Origin: a virus
Length of the DNA: 63,018 bases
Virus record (IMG/VR): IMGVR_UViG_3300049075_000009
Coordinates: 1 to 63,018 of that record
Direction: 5' to 3' (one strand)
Under the pieces are notes generated by a model. It saw only the letters and a program-made list of their open reading frames with translations. It ran no database searches and was not told the DNA's origin. Numbering within the stretch: the first letter of the stretch is position 1; every line of letters begins with the position of its first letter. Positions 25,959 through 34,034 of the stretch are shown here, piece after piece. Both the position numbers and the translations under genes were made by a program.

Positions 25959-26915
25959 TCACGCTCTGGCATAAATCGAAACAGTGATTGAATCCGGCGC
26001 GGAAGCAGGGTAATCGGTCTGTGAATGCCCTGAAAGGCTGACGCCAAACTTCTCGCCCTTCACGGCTTCTGAAGCGATGGCTTCGACGGCAAATTCTTTG
26101 GCTTTGATAAGCTGATAGCTTGCGCCCTTGTCAAGTTCGCTTGTTGATTCCAGCTTCATAATCTGGTCAACCGCATTTTCTTTCGTTACTTCTGCTGATA
26201 CACTCCAACTCATAATTCGCTCCTCTCCATCAAGCAGGTATGGTTTTGGTAAACCAGCCCGCTTGCATTCCTCGTTAATGTTTCGTTTACGCAGTTCAAC
26301 AAATTCCGCCATCGCCCTCTGAATATCAGGGTCGGTTTTAAGGTAGTTGTCAAAAAGCGCATCCAGTTCGTTTGTGTACTTGATTTGGCTTTTAGCGGCA
26401 CTGGTTTTCAGCGCCAGTAACTCATCAATAATCCCCTGAAGTGTAACTAAGCTAGCTTGTTGCATTCTGTCTTGAACGTGGCCTTTGGGCTTCAGCGCCT
26501 TGACCCGTTCTGCGTTCGTTACGATGATTGCCAGCACCTCATCAATGGTTTGGTTGCGTGAGGCGGCAGACTGACCGGCAAAAGCTACGCCAGCATTGAA
26601 AGCGGCCTCTAGTTGGTCGCGCTCCTGTTTTGTGTTTACGTGCGCATCGGATTCGGCGAACCAATCCATAAAGGCGTTCTCGGTGCTGGCCTTGTCCTGC
26701 AAAGGCAGAGGTGTGGGTTGTGGGCGATGGTTCCAGGCGGCGATGGCCTTATCTTTGTCTTTATAGGAGTAGCTACTAGGCTGTACGGCGCAACTACAGT
26801 AATCTTTACAGGTCACATACCATCCAGCATAGCCATTGAGTAATTCTGCGCTGCCCCCACAAAACGGACACGGTAACAACTCATCCTTTTGCTGCTGCGG
26901 TTTGGGATTGGTCAT
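25959..26915 (-). CDS. Lar-like (restriction alleviation) zinc-ribbon N-domain fused to a ~250-aa helical extension
   Basis: LLPCPFCGGSAELL....YVTC...C......DKDKAIAAWNHR matches the Lar family pattern. ATGA coupling upstream. Confidence 0.55.
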   Translation of the reverse strand: MTNPKPQQQKDELLPCPFCGGSAELLNGYAGWYVTCKDYCSCAVQPSSYSYKDKDKAIAAWNHRPQPTPLPLQDKASTENAFMDWFAESDAHVNTKQERDQLEAAFNAGVAFAGQSAASRNQTIDEVLAIIVTNAERVKALKPKGHVQDRMQQASLVTLQGIIDELLALKTSAAKSQIKYTNELDALFDNYLKTDPDIQRAMAEFVELRKRNINEECKRAGLPKPYLLDGEERIMSWSVSAEVTKENAVDQIMKLESTSELDKGASYQLIKAKEFAVEAIASEAVKGEKFGVSLSGHSQTDYPASAPDSITVSIYARA

Positions 26916-27097
26916 GGGGTCTCCTTTACTGGCAAGCCCAACAACAAGCTATGTAAGTCTTGCGCTTCTTCAAGCGTGGTTGTTTTGATAATGACCCTGT
27001 AGTGATTCACCGTTCCGTTTGATTCACAGGTCACAAATGAAGCGTCAACTAATTTGCGCAGCCTATCGTAGGCTATTAATATCTCATCGGTTTTCAT
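26912..27097 (-). CDS. Small hypothetical protein (61 aa)
   Basis: ATG 27097 preceded by GGGGGAGAG. It overlaps the upstream stop by 14 nt. Confidence 0.4.
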   Translation of the reverse strand: MKTDEILIAYDRLRKLVDASFVTCESNGTVNHYRVIIKTTTLEEAQDLHSLLLGLPVKETP

Positions 27098-28313
27098 CAC
27101 TCTCCCCCTTTCCCTCTTCCTTTGTCGCCACCTGCTCTTTCCAGCGATACTGGGCGTAATAGGGGTTATGCTCAAGCAAGCCGATGGAATGCAAATAATC
27201 TAAGGCGGCTGTGTGCTTCGCTATTACATCCTTGTCAGCACTCGAAAAGCCTGACATCCATCCATCATCACCTTTGGCAATCTCACCGACTATAATCTTT
27301 GCAAACCCCACCGCCTGCTCTTTGGCCTGCGCCAGTTCGGTTTGGGCAAGGGATAGTTGCTGGCGAAGTTCGGTAATAGATGTATTGTTTTCGCCAAAGA
27401 TAATATTTGATTCCACGCGGCGTTGCGCTTGATGACGTATCTCATCTTCCGTCTTACCACTGCTCCAGCCCTTACCGTAGACCAATTCAGCTAGCCATTC
27501 CCGTAGGTCGCAATACTGCTTTTGCCATTCATGGCTGTCCTGACTGGCTGTGGCTACCTGCGCGGTGAGGGAGGCAAGTTGCCGCTTTGCTTCGGTAAGC
27601 ATTACTCGCAATTTATCTTCCTTCCCTGCGATTTCATTGCCCCAATTCTCATAGCAGCCACAGTGAAGAAATGCCCCGTTTGGCAGTTTGTGAACATAAG
27701 AGAGTTGAGTGAACCCGCTATTGCATTTGACGCAGGTATAGGTGAGCCCTGTTGGCGACTGCCGAAAGGTTAGCTTTTCTGTCGGTAGCTTCTCTGCGTT
27801 TGCCTCAGCCCGTTCTGCCCGGTCGCGCAGGGCGGTGAGGGCATCTGAAACCTTTAAGCATAAATCTATCTGATTTAGTATTGGGCCATCTATCTTGAAC
27901 ATTTGCACGAGCGCAGACTTAACCCATCCGTAGGCTTCTCTTGTCTCCTCATCTTTGGCCTGCCCCCGGTTGAGAGTTTTGACGAGCCAATCAGAGAAAG
28001 CATTGCCCTCCATATTCCAAAGGAAATGGCCGTAGCAATTCACAATCTTATATTCACCGGGGCCGGTACGCTCTGCTCTGACAGGAAGAAAGGTATCAAA
28101 CCCGTTTACGGATTCTGGTTTAAGCGTTATATGTTCCAGTGGCGCTTCTCCGGTTCTGTGCCAGCAATCCTCACAAACCGTGAAGGTCACATTACCTACG
28201 GACTCTCCGCACCTGATGCACTTGTTCCGCATACAGGCGCAGTTGCCATCTGCTGGCTCTTTACAGTTCGGACAAAGTTCTTTTTCCTTGTCGTCTTTGG
28301 GTGTGGTGGTCAT
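27084..28313 (-). CDS. Hypothetical protein (409 aa) with N-terminal multi-Cys zinc-binding region and coiled coils
   Basis: ATG 28313 (TGATG coupling). CPNCKEPADGNCACMRNKCIRCGESVGNVTFTVCEDCWH, and later CVKCNSGF...LHCGC. Confidence 0.55.
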   Translation of the reverse strand: MTTTPKDDKEKELCPNCKEPADGNCACMRNKCIRCGESVGNVTFTVCEDCWHRTGEAPLEHITLKPESVNGFDTFLPVRAERTGPGEYKIVNCYGHFLWNMEGNAFSDWLVKTLNRGQAKDEETREAYGWVKSALVQMFKIDGPILNQIDLCLKVSDALTALRDRAERAEANAEKLPTEKLTFRQSPTGLTYTCVKCNSGFTQLSYVHKLPNGAFLHCGCYENWGNEIAGKEDKLRVMLTEAKRQLASLTAQVATASQDSHEWQKQYCDLREWLAELVYGKGWSSGKTEDEIRHQAQRRVESNIIFGENNTSITELRQQLSLAQTELAQAKEQAVGFAKIIVGEIAKGDDGWMSGFSSADKDVIAKHTAALDYLHSIGLLEHNPYYAQYRWKEQVATKEEGKGESDENR

Positions 28314-28591
28314 CAAATAGCCTCCCTCAATTTCGCCTCAACATTTTGCACAGAGATGTTGTAGTTGGTCGCAAGCGTGTCAACTGAGTAGCCGCTGAGG
28401 AAATCAATTAGAATCTGCGCATCTGTTAAACCCATCGGATAAACACTATCTCTGGTCATTGAGGCTAAGGGCTTTTCGCCAAAGTAATGCCCTCTGCGAC
28501 CGCATACAGGACGGCGAAGGGCAACCGTGCAGGCGCTTGCCCCACAGGTCTTGCCGTTCGCTAATATTGCATGACATTTTAATCTCATCAT
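28313..28591 (-). CDS. Small protein with Cys cluster and C-terminal HTH-like segment (92 aa)
   Basis: AGGAGAA RBS. C-terminus ...LTDAQILIDFLSGYSVDTLATNYNISVQNVEAKL resembles a sigma-70 region-4/LuxR-type HTH. Confidence 0.5.
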   Translation of the reverse strand: MMRLKCHAILANGKTCGASACTVALRRPVCGRRGHYFGEKPLASMTRDSVYPMGLTDAQILIDFLSGYSVDTLATNYNISVQNVEAKLREAI

Positions 28592-28624
28592 TTCTCCTGT
28601 GTTGGCAGGGGCAGGCCATTGCCT

Positions 28625-28807
28625 TTACAATTTCTCGACTTTAACAGACCCCCACACAGGGTCTAGGTCGCCTTGGATTGGACAATTTGACAAAACCCCA
28701 TTGTCGTTTATATTGAACCGAACCCAATCAACGGCATTCTCAAACGTGACCTTTTGACCGTTGACCTCATCCGGTATTTCCTGCTCGAAAGTAACCTTTA
28801 TTCTCAT
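28625..28807 (-). CDS. Small hypothetical protein (60 aa)
   Basis: ATG 28807 preceded by GAGGAG. Confidence 0.45.
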   Translation of the reverse strand: MRIKVTFEQEIPDEVNGQKVTFENAVDWVRFNINDNGVLSNCPIQGDLDPVWGSVKVEKL

Positions 28808-28894
28808 AATCTCCTCATCCCCTTGCCCCGCAATCACCGTTGCCAAAAGAAAATTACTTCCTTCCTTTGTCGGCAGCCTCGCCAAGCAAATTAT

Positions 28895-29407
28895 TCACTC
28901 GCCAAATAGTCTTCCTGTTGCAGAGTCGGCTATCACAACTCTGTCGCCGGTGAAAATCATTTCGGGTTTAGATTTTTTCTTTCGTGTTTTCCTTACAGGC
29001 TGCTTGGTAGGTTGAATGGGTAAGCTTCCAGGTGGCCTGCCTGTAGCCTGATGGTAAACCCTTTCAAGAAGTATTTTGGTTTTGCGTACGCCCAAACATC
29101 CAGATGCGGAATGCGCCTCAATTTGAAACCAACCTCGTTCGATTGCTTCATGGATAGAATCAATTTCGCGTTGGGTAGCCGGTCTAAAAGTGGCAGCGTT
29201 TCCGTGTTTATTAAAAATCGTTTCCTCACGAATTATTTGCCCATTGCGCCAACTATAAACGCCTTCACCTGTGATTTTCCCGACAACCAAATGGTCGCTT
29301 GTTACCGCTTGAGGCATATCGCGCCATCGCTGAAATATTTCTTTTGCCGTGTTTCCTATGCTTGGTGCCATAATCTTATTCGCTCCTCTGTCCTTTTCTT
29401 CGTCCAT
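28895..29407 (-). CDS. Hypothetical protein (170 aa)
   Basis: ATG ORF with a basic region KTRKKKSKP. Confidence 0.5.
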   Translation of the reverse strand: MDEEKDRGANKIMAPSIGNTAKEIFQRWRDMPQAVTSDHLVVGKITGEGVYSWRNGQIIREETIFNKHGNAATFRPATQREIDSIHEAIERGWFQIEAHSASGCLGVRKTKILLERVYHQATGRPPGSLPIQPTKQPVRKTRKKKSKPEMIFTGDRVVIADSATGRLFGE

Positions 29408-29414
29408 CCCCTAA

Positions 29415-29720
29415 TCAATAAGCCCTACTCCCGCCCCTCTTAACCCTGCCTCTTTCGGTCTGTATCCCCTTCTGCTCAGCGTTCTTTTGCTCCCCATATG
29501 TCCAGTGAATCGAGCAATGAACAGAGATAGTGAAATACTCTTTGCTGCCAATCTTTTCCTTATGGCACTTGCAGCTTGCGTAGGCTTTAGGCAATGGTGG
29601 CCCGTAGGCTTCGCCTTCAGATTGGCGCAATTTGGCTAAGCCATTTCTGCCGTTCTGATAGCCACTCTTCTTGCGTCCGTTGTTGGCGTTGTGCTGTTGC
29701 TGTTTGGTTATGTGGGCCAT
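29415..29720 (-). CDS. Basic hypothetical protein (101 aa)
   Basis: ATG preceded by GGGAGAGCGAAAGGA. Confidence 0.45.
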   Translation of the reverse strand: MAHITKQQQHNANNGRKKSGYQNGRNGLAKLRQSEGEAYGPPLPKAYASCKCHKEKIGSKEYFTISVHCSIHWTYGEQKNAEQKGIQTERGRVKRGGSRAY

Positions 29721-30061
29721 TCCTTTCGCTCTCCCTTCAAAAGACCTTCAATGGCCTGCAATTCCTCTATGGTCAGATGTGCAGGCGCTCTCCGCGCACT
29801 CCCAACTAGCGCCCATATGGAAGCCCACGTTCGCTGTCGTCCTAATTGCGCATCGTGTTCTTCTTTGCTCAGCCAGCAACAACCGGGCGACGTGAAACCC
29901 ACACCGTCAACAACGAACGATTCCTTGCTCATCCGCCGTCCGTTGCTCAGATATGCCCACTTGCGCCCGATACGAGTTACCGTGACATTGCCGCTGGGAA
30001 TCCATTGCTGACCGCTGGCAAAGTAAAGCGTCTGTCCGACTTTTAATTGCGTTTCGTCCAT
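29708..30061 (-). CDS. Hypothetical protein (117 aa)
   Basis: ATG 30061 preceded by G10-AAGGATT. I do not believe the track's longer version (to 30319); see the rejected list. Confidence 0.5.
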   Translation of the reverse strand: MDETQLKVGQTLYFASGQQWIPSGNVTVTRIGRKWAYLSNGRRMSKESFVVDGVGFTSPGCCWLSKEEHDAQLGRQRTWASIWALVGSARRAPAHLTIEELQAIEGLLKGERKEWPT

Positions 30062-30086
30062 AATCCTTCCCCCCCCCCTTACAAAT

Positions 30087-30263
30087 TCAATTGCCGCCTG
30101 GTGCAAAATCCAAAACCCCTTGCCCATTCGCTTCAACTTCAAAGCGACAAACCCCACACCTGAACCACGCCCTCGTAGTCCTCCCCTTATCATCCCAATC
30201 GGCGTAGAAGCGCATCGGGTGATTGCAGTGGACGGGGCGGGGGTCTGTGTAGGTGTCGGACAT
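30087..30263 (-). CDS. Small zinc-ribbon protein (58 aa), absent from the ORF track
   Basis: ATG 30263 preceded by GAGGA 3 nt upstream. MSDTYTDPRPVHCNHPMRFYADWDDKGRTTRAWFRCGVCRFEVEANGQGVLDFAPGGN, stop TGA 30087-30089. Confidence 0.5.
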   Translation of the reverse strand: MSDTYTDPRPVHCNHPMRFYADWDDKGRTTRAWFRCGVCRFEVEANGQGVLDFAPGGN

Positions 30264-30315
30264 AATTCCTCATTCTTACAGTGCGACCTATACCCTGCGG
30301 CCTCTCCGAGTCGGC

Positions 30316-30972
30316 TCATTTATCCTCAGTTTTTTTCGGGAATGGATAATTGCGCCCCAACTTCACATCACTGCTTCTCAAGGGCATCAAAATGACGTTA
30401 ATGAACTGTTCCGTGGCGTTATTGTAGGCATCCAGACGAAACGCTTTTTCGTCGCCATACAAACTAATCAAAACATGGGGATGGCGTTCTTCGTCTTGGG
30501 ATTTTGAGATTTGCTGCAAAATGGCAATCAGCATTGGCAGGTTAACCGCAACTTGTGCCACAGGCTCGCCTTGAGGAATTGTAATGTCAAGATTGGGGAA
30601 GTTACCTCTGCCTTCTCTGGCAACGAAAACTCTCTTTGAATCAAAACTACCACTGCGAATCTCGACGCCTTGCTCGGAAACACCCGTAATAAAAACCTTA
30701 TTCTCTGGGGAGTCACGGTGTCGGTTGGCGGGAATCAGTCTGGCAATTTCAGAAGCGACAGACGCATCAAGTAACACTTCGCCTTCATGCTCTTTTTCGC
30801 CACCAAGAAACGTAAGTGCTTCCGCGTCGGTCTGTAGGTTTGTGATTCGCATCGCAAAATGACCGTCTGTCACCTGTGTTTCATGTGGTGTAATCTTAAT
30901 GCAATTAAGGTTGTACCTTGATACTTCCTCAGTCGCTAAATTAGCGAGTCGGAGATTGTGTTTATTGAGCAT
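30316..30972 (-). CDS. DnaN (beta sliding clamp)-like protein of only ~2 domains (218 aa)
   Basis: SRYNLNCIKITPHETQVTDGHFAMR resembles the DnaN domain-II start (..RYYLNG......ATDGHRLA). GNFPNLDITIP resembles the DnaN G.FPDY..V.P motif. Confidence 0.45.
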   Translation of the reverse strand: MLNKHNLRLANLATEEVSRYNLNCIKITPHETQVTDGHFAMRITNLQTDAEALTFLGGEKEHEGEVLLDASVASEIARLIPANRHRDSPENKVFITGVSEQGVEIRSGSFDSKRVFVAREGRGNFPNLDITIPQGEPVAQVAVNLPMLIAILQQISKSQDEERHPHVLISLYGDEKAFRLDAYNNATEQFINVILMPLRSSDVKLGRNYPFPKKTEDK

Positions 30973-31063
30973 CGGAAACTTACTTTCCGCTCAGGCAGGG
31001 GTGAACTTACTCTAAGGGAACGATACCGAGATTTTACTGAGCAAGGAAATCTCGTACTCCCTT

Positions 31064-31082
31064 GCTCAAGGATGGTCTGGAC
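31064..31082 (+). repeat. 19-nt direct repeat GCTCAAGGATGGTCTGGAC (copy A; copy B at 36048..36066)
   Basis: 18/19 identical to 36048-36066 in the same orientation. Preceded in both copies by CCCTT. Confidence 0.7.
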
Positions 31083-31180
31083 GAGGGGAGAATAAGGGAT
31101 GGCGAAGAAGATTGCAAGGAATATTTTCAATCGGGCAAAAATCATCAGCGATTGGACGAGATTTGGACACCAGTAGAGAG

Positions 31181-31209
31181 ATATTAACTAACCCTATTAT
31201 TTATCTCAA
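31181..31209 (-). promoter_or_regulatory. Candidate leftward promoter TTGAGA-17 nt-TAATAT
   Basis: On the minus strand, -35 is at 31209-31204 and -10 at 31186-31181. It lies upstream of the leftward early gene block. Confidence 0.35.
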
Positions 31210-31294
31210 TTAAAAACCCGCAAAGGTATGTTGGACATATTCAAGGCTGTTGCTTGTAAAAGACTGAATTGACGCGGTAATTTGGTGGATTCCT

Positions 31295-32536
31295 TCATTT
31301 TTGCGAGGTTTTTGCTATTTTGCCGTAACGTGTGGTGTTGTGAGGTTTTTCGCCTTCAGTGTCCGGGTTGGACTCGTTTTGGACACTTGAGAATTTCTCA
31401 TCGTCTAGCACGTTCATCCCTGCTAATTCCGAATCGGCGGATGAATGCAAGTAGCGCATGGTCATGAAGGCATCACCGTGGCCCAGCATTTTACCGATGG
31501 TTTTTATATCGATGCCGGATTGGGCCATACGGGATGCGGCAGTGTGGCGCGTGTCGTGAAAGACAATGCCACCATCAAGGTCTTGGCCGAACGGCACCTT
31601 TGCCCTTTCGCAAGCCTTTCTAAATGTCCTTAAAATCCAGCGCACCGGAAACCCTTCCTTAACATCGCTGGCGAAGAGATAAGGGCTTGAGGGGGTGATT
31701 TTTTGCTTTAACGCTTCTGCCAGATTTTTCGTCATCCTCACATTGCGCACTTCTTTATTTTTCGTCATCGGGCTGATATGAGAAGCCTGCACGACTATCC
31801 AACCGTTCGGAGCGCCAGGCGCTTTATTGAAGTTTATTGATGATGTTTTTAACCCCAATATCTCCCCTATCCTCATTCCCGTTCTTAACGCTACCCAAAA
31901 TACTAAGGCGACGGTCTTGCGTTGTTGCCGTTGCAGTTCATCATTGGCGTACCAGGATGGGTCGTGTAAAGAGGCAATGATTGCTTGTTCCTCTTCTTTA
32001 CTGATTACCCTCTCCCTGTAGGCATTCACCTTCTTGACCTGCTCGTGCGCTGGCGGATTCCAGTCTTTAAGCTTTGGAAAAAGATTCTTAACCTGCTTCA
32101 AGGCTGATACTAAAAAGTGCAAATCATCCACGGCTGTGTTTGCTGAGACTGTAGGGAGGTTCAGGCGGTGCGAGTAAAAGTTGTTTAGGTGCTGGCTAGT
32201 AATAGACTCAATTAATAATTTTGGATAGAGGGTTGAAAAACTTGTCAAAACTCGCCCGTATTGCTTCAGAGTTGACTGACTCCTGTGCAGGTCAGTAAGT
32301 TTTTTCAGTATCGCCTTTTTCAAATCCTCAACGCTAATATCTATTAAATCTGACCTAAACTTGTACTTGCCTCTTTTATAATCTGTCCTGATGGCATTAA
32401 TGGCGTCCCTACATTCTTCCGCTGTTTGAAACCCCTTTTCCCTTATCCGCCTATCGTCAACTTTATATTTCCCGACCCGTATATCAAACTTCCAGGCCCA
32501 ATTCCCTTCCCTGTCTTTATACTTTTTAATCGACAA
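31295..32536 (-). CDS. int: Tyrosine recombinase / phage integrase
   Basis: 413 aa. C-terminal catalytic box ...GMRIGEILGL..., HDTRHTAASRMAQSGIDIKTIGKMLGHGDAFMTMRYLH (R..H-x-x-R..Y). TTG start. Confidence 0.9.
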   Translation of the reverse strand: MSIKKYKDREGNWAWKFDIRVGKYKVDDRRIREKGFQTAEECRDAINAIRTDYKRGKYKFRSDLIDISVEDLKKAILKKLTDLHRSQSTLKQYGRVLTSFSTLYPKLLIESITSQHLNNFYSHRLNLPTVSANTAVDDLHFLVSALKQVKNLFPKLKDWNPPAHEQVKKVNAYRERVISKEEEQAIIASLHDPSWYANDELQRQQRKTVALVFWVALRTGMRIGEILGLKTSSINFNKAPGAPNGWIVVQASHISPMTKNKEVRNVRMTKNLAEALKQKITPSSPYLFASDVKEGFPVRWILRTFRKACERAKVPFGQDLDGGIVFHDTRHTAASRMAQSGIDIKTIGKMLGHGDAFMTMRYLHSSADSELAGMNVLDDEKFSSVQNESNPDTEGEKPHNTTRYGKIAKTSQK

Positions 32537-32560
32537 TGATTTTTTTCTTTTCCTCTCTTC

Positions 32561-32683
32561 CTATTTAACCAGCCAAATGATTCCCATTACAATCACCGTT
32601 AAAAAGATGATGATGATAGCCAGCAAGTAGTAGCCGCGCAAATCCGCTTTTGCTTTTGTCGGTGGTCTGATTTTAGTTGGCAT
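32561..32683 (-). CDS. Very small TM protein (40 aa)
   Basis: ATG 32683 preceded by GGGAGGAAAAATCA. MPTKIRPPTKAKADLRGYYLLAIIIIFLTVIVMGIIWLVK. Confidence 0.45.
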   Translation of the reverse strand: MPTKIRPPTKAKADLRGYYLLAIIIIFLTVIVMGIIWLVK

Positions 32684-32726
32684 TGATTTTTCCTCCCTTC
32701 TCTCATTTATTTGGCGGTGTGGCCTT

Positions 32727-33116
32727 CTACTCAAGACCGAATTGACTCTTGCTGGTCAGCTTGCCGCCTTGGAAACTGCAACTGACGGACTTGAACGTGC
32801 CAGCATCCCAATTGTAAATTTCAAATTTGTTTTTCCCATTACCGGAAGATGAGCTCAACTTACCTCTCTCCCCAAGCGTCGTTTCGACTTGGCTTAGCGT
32901 CATGCCGTCACTTAGGTTATTAAAGCGCGTGAGGGTGATAGGGCTTGTTTGTGATGGCGTATTTACTGATGAGTTGGTATTTATCCCCTGAAAAATGACC
33001 CCACAGGCAACACATCCACCTATACCAATGACAGCTAATGCCAAACATCCCCCAATGACCAATTTAAACCCCGTTCCTATGCCGGGCTGTTTAGGTTGCG
33101 GCGGATTTTGCTCCAT
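32727..33116 (-). CDS. Membrane-anchored DUF3862-like protein (moron)
   Basis: TM helix FKLVIGGCLALAVIGIGGCVACGVIF, then ITLTRFNNLSDGMTLSQVETTLGERG....EIYNW......VSCSFQGGKLTSKSQFGL, the DUF3862/BLIP-like pattern. Confidence 0.55.
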   Translation of the reverse strand: MEQNPPQPKQPGIGTGFKLVIGGCLALAVIGIGGCVACGVIFQGINTNSSVNTPSQTSPITLTRFNNLSDGMTLSQVETTLGERGKLSSSSGNGKNKFEIYNWDAGTFKSVSCSFQGGKLTSKSQFGLE

Positions 33117-33134
33117 GTCGATTTCTTTCCTTTC

Positions 33135-34034
33135 TTACTTGGCGTTGTTCTCTAAGCCCAAACCTTGCTTCGCTGAATCATCAATCCATTGGCAGAGGTC
33201 TGTCAACTTTTCAACCTCCATAGGTCGCACATGATAGTCTTTAGAATTGTAACGATAGATGACTTCGCCAAGGTGAATAGCCTTCTGCTTGATTGGAAAT
33301 TGCAGGACATTGTTTTTGTTCACCGTTACAAATGAGCGCGATGCTGATTTATTAACATAGATTTCCCTGAATGTGGCTTGCCATTCAGGGTATGCCGCGA
33401 TATAAGGTGACCTCAAAACATATGAGGCAAATCCCCTAGCCGCCTCTGTTTTTCCTAGTAGATTTAGTTCGTGAGCAACACTATTCTGATAATCGGCTTT
33501 TATAACATTATATGATTCGTCCAATCTTCTTATGATCGGCTGTAGTCCCCTTAATAACTGCAAGCTTTCTTTGTGATTACCGTCGATACTGCATAGTAAA
33601 GAAAGTTGGCTTTGCGCCTGAATAAAGCTAACAAAATCATGGTTGTTCTTGGACAGGGCGGATGCCTGTAACAACAATGCCCACGTCGAATCCGATACTT
33701 TACCAGAAGCAATATCGGTTCCAGCAAGGGCGGTGATAGCCATAGGGCGAATTACCGAAGGTGAATTTTCAGATAGGTATTGAAGTTCCGTTTTTACCTC
33801 ACTGGCTTGTTCGGGGGACTGGCATCCCACGGCAAGCGCTGAATAGTATCGCCCTAAGTGTTCAGACTTTGGCGATAAATCAATCAATCTTTCCCCGAAG
33901 TGCTTCAAACGGGCGTGGTTCCTTAAAAAATAAGCCTGCCTTGCCTCACGAGACAGGTAATTGGTTAACCCTTCAATTGAAAGCGAGGAGAATATGAGAA
34001 GGTTTGCACGATGTTTTGTTTTAGCTCTACTCAT
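33135..34034 (-). CDS. Hypothetical, predicted all-helical (TPR-like?) protein in lysogeny module (299 aa)
   Basis: ATG ORF. The helical-repeat call is my impression from composition only. Its 5' end overlaps the divergent ORF 33994..34278 by 41 nt. Confidence 0.55.
   Translation of the reverse strand: MSRAKTKHRANLLIFSSLSIEGLTNYLSREARQAYFLRNHARLKHFGERLIDLSPKSEHLGRYYSALAVGCQSPEQASEVKTELQYLSENSPSVIRPMAITALAGTDIASGKVSDSTWALLLQASALSKNNHDFVSFIQAQSQLSLLCSIDGNHKESLQLLRGLQPIIRRLDESYNVIKADYQNSVAHELNLLGKTEAARGFASYVLRSPYIAAYPEWQATFREIYVNKSASRSFVTVNKNNVLQFPIKQKAIHLGEVIYRYNSKDYHVRPMEVEKLTDLCQWIDDSAKQGLGLENNAK

Noticed and set aside
29708-30319. 203-aa version of the minus-strand ORF, starting with an ATGA overlap at 30319
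   Set aside because: The N-terminal 86 residues are Arg/Gly-rich and contain the G10 tract. A better 58-aa zinc-ribbon gene with a GAGGA RBS occupies another frame (30087-30263), and ATG 30061 has its own RBS. The ATGA overlap at 30316-30319 keeps a small doubt alive.
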